Assembly: GCA_963665815.1 (NCBI GenBank)
Contig: OY762463.1
Span: 1,344,001-1,408,000, forward strand
Length of the DNA: 64,000 nucleotides
Direction of reading: 5' to 3'
From: Candidatus Cloacimonadales bacterium
GTDB taxonomy: Bacteria > Cloacimonadota > Cloacimonadia > Cloacimonadales > JAIOQZ01
Positions 41,528-50,812 of this stretch are shown here, piece after piece (the stretch's first letter is position 1; each line of letters opens with the position of its first letter). The notes under the pieces are model-generated. The model did not search any database. It saw only the letters and a list, made by a program, of their open reading frames with translations, and had not been told where the DNA came from. Position numbers and translations under genes: made by a program.

Positions 41528-42768
41528 CAGTAATTATTCTTGTACTTGTATCTGGATGCGGAAATAAAAATCTAAGAATCAACGGCAATCTTGATACCAG
41601 AATAATCATTTCCGAGAGTATACAGCTTAATGATGCTCTTAAAAGAGAAAGATTTGAGAACATACTTATTGAAGGCGACAACGGCGTTGCTGCATTAATT
41701 TCAGCAGATACTGCCAGAGAAATCGCAATTGAGAGATTAGAAAAAGGTTTTTCAGCTGATTCTGATGGGTTACCTCCTGTATGTAACATCAATAATATCT
41801 CAAGCATTTCAGTATATGCATCCTGTTACGATTACGAGATCAGATTTTTTGATGGGATAAATGAAATAGAGCGTCTCACTCCATTCAATTATATGATGAA
41901 AGAATTTGATTTTCTTGGAGAGTCCAGTAAAAATGGACATTCTGCCAGAAAATTCAAACGCAAATCGGATTATCTTCATAACTGGATGAAAGAAGATTCT
42001 ATTCTCGTCATAACTGAAAAAGAGACTAACAAAATACTGCAAAAACCAGAGTTCGAGGAGATTATCTTTGATGGTAAACAATTAGTTTATAATAATGAAA
42101 GAATAATTGGGCTATGGGCTAATCCTCCTCTCAGAATGGAGCAACTTACCGGTATCTTTGAGGATTCACTTGTTAACAGTAATTTAATGGTGATTTTCAT
42201 CGATGGTCTCGGAGTAAAATATATTGATCAGAACTCAGAAGCTGTAAAACTATTTACTGAAGACTATACTTTCAGTCCTCTGCTTTCAGCATACCCATCT
42301 AAGACAAAAAAAAATAGCTGGGTCATGATGTCTGGGAAAGATCATAAGCTTGAGGGAAGAAAAGTTCTGGAAGAATTTGAGGTTCACGAATCAATACTTG
42401 TTGAAGGAGATCATGTTTACAACACATCAGCTATTCCTATGATCCAATGTACTGATATGGATAAAGACGGATTCATTGATGAAGAGATTTTTGAAGCTGC
42501 TCGAGAGGCAGTCAAAAAGAAACCTGATTTTCTGATAGTACATTTCCACTCATTTGATGATTTTGGTCATGAAACAGGGGCATATTCTCCTGAAAGAGAT
42601 TCCATTCTTGCATTGAATTACAAATATGTTAAATCATTAACAGATAACTGGAATGGTAAAGTGATGCTTGTATCAGATCATGGAATGCACACAAAATCTA
42701 ATGGTAAAGGAACGCATGGAAGCCTTATGCTGGATGACATGTTGGCAATAAAAGGAGAAACAAAATGA
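41497..42768 (+). CDS. Lipoprotein with C-terminal alkaline-phosphatase superfamily (NPP-like) domain
   Basis: Lipobox LVSG-C; VIFIDGLG, YPSKT, HFHSFDDFGH..G, VSDHGMH, GTHG. Confidence 0.8.
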   Translation: MEKRFIVPTIAVIILVLVSGCGNKNLRINGNLDTRIIISESIQLNDALKRERFENILIEGDNGVAALISADTAREIAIERLEKGFSADSDGLPPVCNINNISSISVYASCYDYEIRFFDGINEIERLTPFNYMMKEFDFLGESSKNGHSARKFKRKSDYLHNWMKEDSILVITEKETNKILQKPEFEEIIFDGKQLVYNNERIIGLWANPPLRMEQLTGIFEDSLVNSNLMVIFIDGLGVKYIDQNSEAVKLFTEDYTFSPLLSAYPSKTKKNSWVMMSGKDHKLEGRKVLEEFEVHESILVEGDHVYNTSAIPMIQCTDMDKDGFIDEEIFEAAREAVKKKPDFLIVHFHSFDDFGHETGAYSPERDSILALNYKYVKSLTDNWNGKVMLVSDHGMHTKSNGKGTHGSLMLDDMLAIKGETK

Positions 42769-43166
42769 AATACATTATTGGTATACTTGTAGCTTTGATA
42801 TTACTTTTAACAGCACTGATTATGTACAAACAATCAGAGAAACTTGTTGATCTTGGTACCAGAATTCACTTTGATAAATACTATGCTCAAATGCAGAATA
42901 TCAAATCTGAAAAAGTTTCTTACAACGCTAAAGAATTAGAAGTTATCAAAGTTAATGATGTGCTTGGTTTATTCGAAGTAGACAAAAAAGGATTATCTTC
43001 CATCACATTCTTTGCCAATGATGGAGGTTCTTTGAAAGTTGATTCAAACGAACTGGATAACCTTTATTTACAGGCTATGGAAAACGGAACTTACAGACTT
43101 GTTATTCCGAGTGATCAATTTAAACAAAGATGGCTTAAAAACATTGCAAGTATAGAATGCCAGTAA
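42765..43166 (+). CDS. Membrane-anchored single molybdopterin-binding-like domain protein
   Basis: N-terminal TM; ITFFANDGG..., YRLVIPSDQFKQRWLKNIASIE. Confidence 0.65.
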   Translation: MKYIIGILVALILLLTALIMYKQSEKLVDLGTRIHFDKYYAQMQNIKSEKVSYNAKELEVIKVNDVLGLFEVDKKGLSSITFFANDGGSLKVDSNELDNLYLQAMENGTYRLVIPSDQFKQRWLKNIASIECQ

Positions 43167-43167
43167 A

Positions 43168-43833
43168 ATGTCATTGATCAGTATTTCCAATCTCAATTTC
43201 CGCTACAACCTTTCCGGAAATCATATTATACGTAACTTTTCAGCAGAATTGGAAAAGGGGAAAATTTATGGAATTTCAGGAGAGAGCGGTTCGGGAAAAT
43301 CTACTTTGTTAAAGCTTATTAGTGGAATTATACCGGAATACTTCAACGGAATCGTAGAAGGAATAGTAAAACTGGCAGATAAACCTGTTAAAGAATATGA
43401 ATCTTTCAATCTTGGTAAGACTCTGCAATTCGTTATGCAGGAACCTGATCATCAGTTGTTTCTGCCAACCGTACTGGATGAACTAATATTCAGCAGTGAA
43501 AACTACTCCTTTTCAAGAGAACAGATTCAGCAGAATCTAAACAGAGTATTAAATATATTTCCACTACAGGACTTTCTGAACACCTATACTAACAAATTGT
43601 CGTATGGCACCAAAAGACTGGTTAACATAGCATCAGCAGAGATGATAAGACCGGATATTATTATCATTGATGAACCTTTCAGTGGATTGTCAGGTAAAAT
43701 GATCACACTGCTTAAGAAGTTCTTCCTGCAGATTAAGTCTGATAACAGAACAGTGATACTGACAGATCATCATATTGAGAATGAAAATATATGTGATACC
43801 GTATTCTCCCCCGAAGATTTCTGTAAGGAATGA
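43168..43833 (+). CDS. ECF transporter ATPase (EcfA)
   Basis: GESGSGKST, GIIPEYFNG...G, Q-loop QEPDHQLF..TV.DEL, LSYG, IIDEPF. Confidence 0.85.
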   Translation: MSLISISNLNFRYNLSGNHIIRNFSAELEKGKIYGISGESGSGKSTLLKLISGIIPEYFNGIVEGIVKLADKPVKEYESFNLGKTLQFVMQEPDHQLFLPTVLDELIFSSENYSFSREQIQQNLNRVLNIFPLQDFLNTYTNKLSYGTKRLVNIASAEMIRPDIIIIDEPFSGLSGKMITLLKKFFLQIKSDNRTVILTDHHIENENICDTVFSPEDFCKE

Positions 43834-44459
43834 TTATGCTCAGAATAAGCAACCTTTCATGCGGATTCAAAGATAAACTTTTACTTAAAAACAGCAAATT
43901 AACGGCTGAACCTGGCAATATAATCAGGATTTCAGGAGATAACGGTATAGGTAAATCAACCTTTCTGCAATGCCTTATAGGGCTGCACGAAGCTTCCGAT
44001 GGTACAGTAATACTCAATTCAACTGATCTGCTTAACTCTCCTACTGAAAAATGTGCAGAAACTGTTTTCTACCAGAGACAGAAGCCCTATGACAATGTGC
44101 TGTTCACGACACCATTACAGGAAATGTGCTTTTTTACAGATCAGAACAAAGCTGAAGGCATACTGAAGAAATATAACCTTTATGAAGTTCGGAACTCACC
44201 TGTATGGAATCTCAGTTACGGGCAGGTAAAGAGAATCACTTTTAGTGTCATGGACACAATGAATAAAGAGCTGTATTTACTTGACGAGCCTTTTGCAGGT
44301 CTCGACAGAACCAATGCCGAAATTGTTGCTTCATCTGTTGATCAACTGGCTGGTAACGGAAAAATAGTAATTATTATAAGTCACAACGATAAAATTTGTT
44401 CTAACCTTAACGCAATAAAATTTGAAATAAGAAACAGGCAATTCATTGCTGTTGAATAG
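43830..44459 (+). CDS. ECF transporter ATPase (EcfA')
   Basis: GDNGIGKST, LSYGQVKR, LLDEPFAGLD, ISHN. Confidence 0.85.
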   Translation: MIMLRISNLSCGFKDKLLLKNSKLTAEPGNIIRISGDNGIGKSTFLQCLIGLHEASDGTVILNSTDLLNSPTEKCAETVFYQRQKPYDNVLFTTPLQEMCFFTDQNKAEGILKKYNLYEVRNSPVWNLSYGQVKRITFSVMDTMNKELYLLDEPFAGLDRTNAEIVASSVDQLAGNGKIVIIISHNDKICSNLNAIKFEIRNRQFIAVE

Positions 44460-44469
44460 AGGATATTAA

Positions 44470-46419
44470 ATGAAAAAACATGTAATTTTTGTGTGTATCT
44501 TTCTGATTACCTGTATGTTAGTTGCAGAAGATAACCAGAAAAAACCTGAATACGAAATGCAATATGTAAATGAGGATTCTACAAAACTTGTTAAAGTATA
44601 CAAAATGGAGAGCATCCGGGTTGTCGAAGCTAAATCAAAATCCAGCTTCAGTAAGCCTGTTATTAAAACGATCCCTGAAAATGAGAGTCCCAAAGACTTA
44701 CAGGCAGCAGATCTGCTTGAAGACATCAATGGTGTTGAACTGCAGACCGGAGGAAAAGACGGTCAACATATCAGCATCCGTGGTTTCAAACAATCTCAGA
44801 TCAAGATACTTGTTGATGGCAGACCTTATGGAAGCGGATACTTCGCGAACATAGATCTGAGTACAATTCCAGTCTCTGAGATTAAGGAAGTAAGAGTTAT
44901 AAAAGGGCCTGTAGCATCAGTATATGGTTCTGACACCATGGGCGGAGTTGTAAATATTATTACTAAATCTCCAGATGATAAGAAATGGGGTAATGTTGGA
45001 GTAATAGTTAAAAGAAATGTCACTAACAAGGAGTATATCTCTGTGTCCCACGATTTTGACTCATTTGATTTCTGGGTGTATGGCAGCAGAAATCAGAGAA
45101 CAGGATTCATGCTGTCTGAAGACTTTGAACCGACTCCGAATGAAAATGGTAATGTAAGAAATAACATGGATTCCGAACAATATGACTTCATGTCAAAATT
45201 TAATTACGAAGCAACTGAGAAACTCAATCTTGGATTAGATGCAAGCTTTTCCTATGCTGCAGACAAAGAGATTCCTTCCAGTATAGATGATAAACTATAC
45301 AGAAAATTCACAGATGTAAAAAGATTTCAGGAATCAGTTTTTGCAAAATATATGGTAAACGACTACTGGATATGTGATTTCAACAGTTATTTTGACTACA
45401 ATGAAGACAGCTATGCTGAGTACAGTGATGAAGATCTGACTGATATGAATTCCAGCTGGCCATCAAAACTGAAACACTCTACGCTTGGTTTTACACAGAA
45501 CAATACTTACACAATGCTGAATGAAAATGTTATAGCTTTTGGATTCCGTTTCGAGAACCAGACTTACAATCGAAAAGGTGGAACTAATTACGAAGACTGG
45601 GTTTCCAATAATTACTCTTACATTAACGGATTCCTCCAGTACACTCATAAGATTTCTGATTTCAGAATTATTGGAGGCACAGGAGTTTCCATGTTTACTC
45701 TTAACGATGAATTTGATTTCAATACTCATTTCGAACCGTCAATTTCCGTTAACTATTCTACTCAGAAAACGGAGAATTCAATAAGCTATGCAATAAATAC
45801 AAAATTTCCATCCCTGCAAAACCTTTACGGCAGTTCAAGCGGGAATGAAGATTTGACTGAGCAGAAAGCTCATAGAGCAGAATATTCATTCAGCTATTCA
45901 GATGTTATTAATACAGGTTCAGTAAGTGTCCCTGTGAACTATTCCACACAAGTTTTTTATAACAGGATTGAGGATGAGATTCAGGAAATAAATAACACAT
46001 ATGAAAATGTATCAGAATATGAGTCTTACGGTTTTGATTCAAGCCTGAAGTTTAAGCTTCTTACTTCTCACACAATAGAATACTCATTTCTTAAACTGCA
46101 TGACAGCCCGAAAGAGCTTCCGATTCCATCGAGAAACTCGGTAAAAGTTGTGGAGTCATATGAGTTTGAACCAATCAGAGATATGAAAGCTTCTGTTTTC
46201 GGTGAGTTTCAATACAAGGATATCGTAACAGACTTTGACTATGATGTTGTGGATGTAATCTCTCCATATTGGATTCTTAACTCAGGATTTAACACAAAGT
46301 TCCTGCAATACAAATTTTCATTTGAAGTTGAGAATATCCTGGATACAGACTATGAAACAAGAATCGGCTATCCAATGCCGGGAATCAACTACATATTGTC
46401 TATGGAGTACTCGTTTTAA
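44470..46419 (+). CDS. TonB-dependent outer-membrane receptor (BtuB/CirA-like)
   Basis: Signal peptide; plug ISIRGF...ILVDGRP...VIKGPVASVYGSDTMGGVVNIITK; C-terminal ENILD..Y....GYPMPG..Y....EYSF. Confidence 0.92.
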   Translation: MKKHVIFVCIFLITCMLVAEDNQKKPEYEMQYVNEDSTKLVKVYKMESIRVVEAKSKSSFSKPVIKTIPENESPKDLQAADLLEDINGVELQTGGKDGQHISIRGFKQSQIKILVDGRPYGSGYFANIDLSTIPVSEIKEVRVIKGPVASVYGSDTMGGVVNIITKSPDDKKWGNVGVIVKRNVTNKEYISVSHDFDSFDFWVYGSRNQRTGFMLSEDFEPTPNENGNVRNNMDSEQYDFMSKFNYEATEKLNLGLDASFSYAADKEIPSSIDDKLYRKFTDVKRFQESVFAKYMVNDYWICDFNSYFDYNEDSYAEYSDEDLTDMNSSWPSKLKHSTLGFTQNNTYTMLNENVIAFGFRFENQTYNRKGGTNYEDWVSNNYSYINGFLQYTHKISDFRIIGGTGVSMFTLNDEFDFNTHFEPSISVNYSTQKTENSISYAINTKFPSLQNLYGSSSGNEDLTEQKAHRAEYSFSYSDVINTGSVSVPVNYSTQVFYNRIEDEIQEINNTYENVSEYESYGFDSSLKFKLLTSHTIEYSFLKLHDSPKELPIPSRNSVKVVESYEFEPIRDMKASVFGEFQYKDIVTDFDYDVVDVISPYWILNSGFNTKFLQYKFSFEVENILDTDYETRIGYPMPGINYILSMEYSF

Positions 46420-46421
46420 CA

Positions 46422-47153
46422 ATGAAATCTCTGGATGTACGCACAAAAATATCTCTGGTAATGCTGGTTACATCACTATCGGTAATATATCAGAATCTTA
46501 TACTGCAGTCGGTTCTGCTGGCTGCAGCGTTTCTGCTTGTATTGCTTCTTGCTGAGACGAGAGAAGGACGCAAAGGAATGAGTCCTTTCAGAATGTTAAA
46601 GACTATTACTATTATCTTCTTTGCCCAAATATTTTTCAGGCAAACAGGAGACATCCTGTTTCAATACTCGTTTATAAAAATCACAACTGACGGACTCGTC
46701 TATGCAGGGAGTTCCACCAGTCGTCTTCTGATTATCTTCATGTCTGCTAAGATCCTGTTTGGTGTTCCTTTAACCGAGTTTGTCATAGCCTTTCGTAAAT
46801 GGAAGATTCCTTATGTAATCTCGTTTATGGTAGCAATGGTAATTCACCTGATTCCGGATTTCAGTCATAAAGTAAGAAATAAAATGGAACTGCTCAAAAT
46901 CCGTGGTCATGCCTTCGGTTCCATGTCTCTCTCAGAGAAGATTAAGATAATCTCAAGAATCATTGTCCCGATTGTAGGCGAAGCACTCTCTCAGGCACGC
47001 TACAGAGTTGTATCTCTGGAAATGCGAGGATTTCACAGCTCCGGTAGACGCACCTACTTTAAAGACAAATCACTCTCCCCTATTGACTATGCTATTCAGA
47101 TTCCTGTTCTTGTTGTGTTTGTGGCTGGGATTGTCGGAGGTTTTCAAATGTAA
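46422..47153 (+). CDS. ECF transporter T component (EcfT/CbiQ)
   Basis: LDVRTK start, TM helices, two conserved Arg motifs (KIRG, EMRGF). Confidence 0.88.
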   Translation: MKSLDVRTKISLVMLVTSLSVIYQNLILQSVLLAAAFLLVLLLAETREGRKGMSPFRMLKTITIIFFAQIFFRQTGDILFQYSFIKITTDGLVYAGSSTSRLLIIFMSAKILFGVPLTEFVIAFRKWKIPYVISFMVAMVIHLIPDFSHKVRNKMELLKIRGHAFGSMSLSEKIKIISRIIVPIVGEALSQARYRVVSLEMRGFHSSGRRTYFKDKSLSPIDYAIQIPVLVVFVAGIVGGFQM

Positions 47154-48036
47154 TTCCCTGATTATGCCATGCACTTGGATGTGATTCTGTTTCAAAGTAA
47201 ATGATGTTTTTATTTTTAGTTTCATTTAATAGAGTCCGAATTGCATCTCTTACTTGGACAAAACATGTCTTATTATTCCCAGATTTACTTCTAGTGCATG
47301 CATTAACAATAATTTGGAGATTTTCTCCACCAAGATAATCTTTCATTCTAACAAGAAATTTTTCTTTCTGACCTTTTTCAAATAGGAAGTTCCACACATT
47401 ATTTCTCACAGACTTATCTATACCATTCTTATGAATATAGTTCAATGATGCTTGAAGTTGTACTGGATTGCTTATAATAACGCTTATTTTGTTTGGCAAA
47501 TCATGATTGTTTTCTTTGCATTTATTAATTAGTTTTGGCAATATATAATACTGAAATTTGCACATGAAATAGTTATCTATATTATCTCCAGTGTTTTTCA
47601 TAGCTGGTCCGATTGGTTCAAAGTTTTCATCAAATTCATGTTCATGAGGTGATTCTATAATCAATATGCATTTCACCGGGCTAATATCTGCATGATCGCA
47701 ATTATCATCCCCAAATCGATTATTGAAATATGGATTACAATCGTTACTATAAAGATCAGACTCATATTGGTTTTGACCATTTACCCTATAAATATCATAT
47801 CTCCACACATCAGGTACTTTTTTTCTGAAGAAATCTTCATTCACAACATATATATTATTATTATCTTTTTTGATATAACGACATCTCTCAATGTTTTCTA
47901 AAACTTCCTCTGAGTTTTTATCTTTAATATTATATTCAATAGTCATTTCATTTCCATTGTATTTCAATTTAAAATTTAATGAGTTTAATTTCCCATTTTT
48001 CTTGGAACTCTTTACTTTTTTAATACTCATTATCAC
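47092..48036 (-). CDS. Hypothetical protein, possible uracil-DNA-glycosylase-like fold
   Basis: ILIIESPH.HEF...GPA...TG, N.VQLQAS and C-terminal HPSAW resemble UDG motifs A and B; very AT-rich. Confidence 0.45.
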   Translation of the reverse strand: MIMSIKKVKSSKKNGKLNSLNFKLKYNGNEMTIEYNIKDKNSEEVLENIERCRYIKKDNNNIYVVNEDFFRKKVPDVWRYDIYRVNGQNQYESDLYSNDCNPYFNNRFGDDNCDHADISPVKCILIIESPHEHEFDENFEPIGPAMKNTGDNIDNYFMCKFQYYILPKLINKCKENNHDLPNKISVIISNPVQLQASLNYIHKNGIDKSVRNNVWNFLFEKGQKEKFLVRMKDYLGGENLQIIVNACTRSKSGNNKTCFVQVRDAIRTLLNETKNKNIIYFETESHPSAWHNQGITFENLRQSQPQTQQEQESE

Positions 48037-48093
48037 TCCCTTTTATTTATTTCCTCAATCTCCACATAAATCATATTTATTATCAAATGTTTT

Positions 48094-48777
48094 TTATTTC
48101 CTTACCCTCACCACTGCATCTGCACTGCCGTAACCAAGATTTTTCACCCCGGAATCACTTTCCAGAATGTACTCAACCAGTGGATTCTCCACTCCGGCAA
48201 TATTAAGGAACAATTCTGCCAGAACAATATGAGATAAATCTGTTCCGGTGATAATCAGCTCAGTGGGATCTAGTTTATTGCTATGCCCCAGCATAAACAC
48301 AGGTAAATAGTCCGATTCCCCTTGAGCTTTGTACTTCTGCAGAGGATACTTACCTGCAATAGCCTTATTGTATGTATATGAAATATGACCTGCGTGATAA
48401 CTGTCTATAATACAATTTCGGCTGTAGTTGTCTGCACTGAGTTTGATAGACTTAATCCTGCTCAGTGGATTTTCCAGAATAATCCTGCTTTCTGTCCCTT
48501 CATCCTGATAGGGAGGTAAAGAATCGTTATCCCGATGAAAAACCGTGTTGAGAATCCAGAGTGCCAGATTCCTGTAAGACTTCTGACTAAGATGGAAGTC
48601 AAATTTGTGCTTTCTGTAATAAGTGCTTATATTTGCAGATTTGACATCAATAATCATCTCTTTATCCGTGTATAGGTGCTCACAAGGGCTCCACCCGGTA
48701 GATACTCTTATGCTATCAAACCTGCTGTTGAAATTGTTTTCAAAAAGTTTGTCGAATATGGAATTAAAGCTATTCAT
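48094..48777 (-). CDS. Hypothetical protein, paralog of 48770-49468 (Imm32-like C-terminus)
   Basis: Start moved to ATG 48777 (GGAG-type SD); shares F.LS....RNL.L.IL..VF and I.G...S.I.LA...LNI motifs with its neighbour. Confidence 0.6.
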   Translation of the reverse strand: MNSFNSIFDKLFENNFNSRFDSIRVSTGWSPCEHLYTDKEMIIDVKSANISTYYRKHKFDFHLSQKSYRNLALWILNTVFHRDNDSLPPYQDEGTESRIILENPLSRIKSIKLSADNYSRNCIIDSYHAGHISYTYNKAIAGKYPLQKYKAQGESDYLPVFMLGHSNKLDPTELIITGTDLSHIVLAELFLNIAGVENPLVEYILESDSGVKNLGYGSADAVVRVRK

Positions 48778-49468
48778 CGTCTCCCTCCACAACCCCAGAT
48801 ATAATAAAGCATAGTTCTGTACTGTCAGGACCAACCCCTCCCAGATTTTCATCGGAGTCCAGATAGAATTCCTTATGTTGTACATTATCCTGTGATATAT
48901 TCAGCAGGAAATCAGCCAGAGCAATCATTGACTTAGCACTTCCTTCTATTTTTGCAATATCTCTATCAAACCAGTCTTCTTCTGTGTCAATATAGCCTTT
49001 GGAGTTAGTTAAATGGATTACCGGAAGCTGATTTCTGGGATAAAAGTCTTTGGAATAATAGTAGTTCACAATATTCGGATTTTCTTCAAATTTATAGTAT
49101 AATGGTCTTGATTTATAGCCTTTCAGGAGTTCATCCTCATCCTTTCCATTATACCTGATAATGATTTTATGGATGTCATTATTCTCATTATGCAGATTTA
49201 TGGTCATCTCGTTGACTGAATCACTGAATACAACTGCCAGTATAGCCAGACCAAGATTTCGTGCATTTTCTGCAGACAGTTCAAACTTGATATATCCGCG
49301 CATACTGGAAGCTTCACCTACATTGCAGTCTGATACAGTCCTGATCAGATAATCTTCCATTTCTGTCTCTGGAGTCAGGATATCAGGTTCAAACTCCAGA
49401 TTGTAGTACTCAGATTTAAACTCTTCTTCGAACACATTGTTAAACCATTCATTGAAGTCAGTTATCAT
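48770..49468 (-). CDS. Hypothetical acidic protein (Imm32-like C-terminus)
   Basis: GGAGG SD; IEGSAKSMIALADFLLNIS...EFYLD...GVGPDSTEL. Confidence 0.6.
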   Translation of the reverse strand: MITDFNEWFNNVFEEEFKSEYYNLEFEPDILTPETEMEDYLIRTVSDCNVGEASSMRGYIKFELSAENARNLGLAILAVVFSDSVNEMTINLHNENNDIHKIIIRYNGKDEDELLKGYKSRPLYYKFEENPNIVNYYYSKDFYPRNQLPVIHLTNSKGYIDTEEDWFDRDIAKIEGSAKSMIALADFLLNISQDNVQHKEFYLDSDENLGGVGPDSTELCFIISGVVEGDDE

Positions 49469-49611
49469 TTATTCCTCCGACCTTCAGCACACTAAGTTAA
49501 CAGGAATTGTCAATTTAATTATATCTTCTATCTATATCCGAACTATCACTTATCATTTTTTGTTTGACAACGATTACCAGTTCTATTCACGTATGCCACA
49601 AGGGAGATAAT

Positions 49612-50802
49612 ATGAAATCTAAATTCTTATTGATTGTATTACTCATCTTGTGCCCTTGCCTGATGTTCTCACAAGTGATAAGGGAAAGAAAACCTGATCC
49701 CTTCACAAAACCGACTCAGGAAATGGTTACCATAGAAAGAGTAATTAATAACTTGATTGTCAAAGATAATCCTGACGATGCAGGATCGGCAATATTACTT
49801 ACATGGCAAGTTGATGAAGAAAATCTTGAAGGCATTAAATTCATCAGAATCAGACGTGCTGAACCGGGTAAAGATTTTATTGATATTACCAAAGAAGATC
49901 CATCCACAACAAAATTTCTGGATACTCAGAATATTCAGGATGGAGTAACTTACAGATATACTGTCGAACTTGTTGGTTTTATGAATAAAACCTATGCACT
50001 GGAAGGTAGTGAAGCTGTTTCCAAGGCTCAATGGTTTAATCATTCCAAACTACCTATTCTGATAATGCTTCTTCTGCTTAGTGCTGCAATAATCTACTAC
50101 ATTCTATCAGCCAAGAGCGGAAAAGATCTTTACATCAGAAGAATCAGCGGACTTGACTCCATGGACGAAGCTGTTGGACGTGCTACCGAGATGGGACAAC
50201 CAATCTTGTTTGTTCCCGGCATCAATGACCTTGATGATATCCAGACTCTTGCAGGTCTTACTATCCTGGGTCAGCTTGCCCAGAAAACAGCAGAATATGA
50301 TGCCGAGATTCTCGTTCCTGTTTCCAAGTCGATGGTAATGTCCACAGCAAGAGAAGTTGTGAAAGAAGCATATCTTAAAGCAGGGAGATCCGACTCATTC
50401 AATCCTGATTGTGTATTCTACCTTACTGATGATCAGTTTGGATTTGTTGCCGGAGTAGATGGTATTATGGTCAGAGAAAAACCTGCTGCGAATTTCTTCC
50501 TCGGTGCTTTTTATGCAGAATCCCTGATTCTTGCCGAGACCGGTTTCTCAAGCGGATCAATCCAAACCGCCGGAACAGCGATGCCAAGTCAGCTGCCATT
50601 CTTTGTTGCAGCGTGTGACTATACACTTATTGGGGAAGAACTGTTTGCTGCCTCAGCTTACCTTTCCAAAGATCCGCATCAACTGGGAAGTCTTAAAGGA
50701 CAGGATATTGGAAAAGCATTGTTTATCATTGTCGTAATTATTGGAATTACCCTGGAAATTGCCGGATATAGCGGTTTTAAGAATTTCCTGATGGGATTAT
50801 AA
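49612..50802 (+). CDS. FN3 + DUF6754-like membrane protein
   Basis: Start at ATG 49612 (GGGAG SD); signal peptide, FN3-like domain, TM, IRRISGL...DEAVGRATEMG.P, AESLILAE.G, QLPFFVAACDYTLIGEELFAASAYL. Confidence 0.75.
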   Translation: MKSKFLLIVLLILCPCLMFSQVIRERKPDPFTKPTQEMVTIERVINNLIVKDNPDDAGSAILLTWQVDEENLEGIKFIRIRRAEPGKDFIDITKEDPSTTKFLDTQNIQDGVTYRYTVELVGFMNKTYALEGSEAVSKAQWFNHSKLPILIMLLLLSAAIIYYILSAKSGKDLYIRRISGLDSMDEAVGRATEMGQPILFVPGINDLDDIQTLAGLTILGQLAQKTAEYDAEILVPVSKSMVMSTAREVVKEAYLKAGRSDSFNPDCVFYLTDDQFGFVAGVDGIMVREKPAANFFLGAFYAESLILAETGFSSGSIQTAGTAMPSQLPFFVAACDYTLIGEELFAASAYLSKDPHQLGSLKGQDIGKALFIIVVIIGITLEIAGYSGFKNFLMGL

Positions 50803-50812
50803 GGGAGAATTT

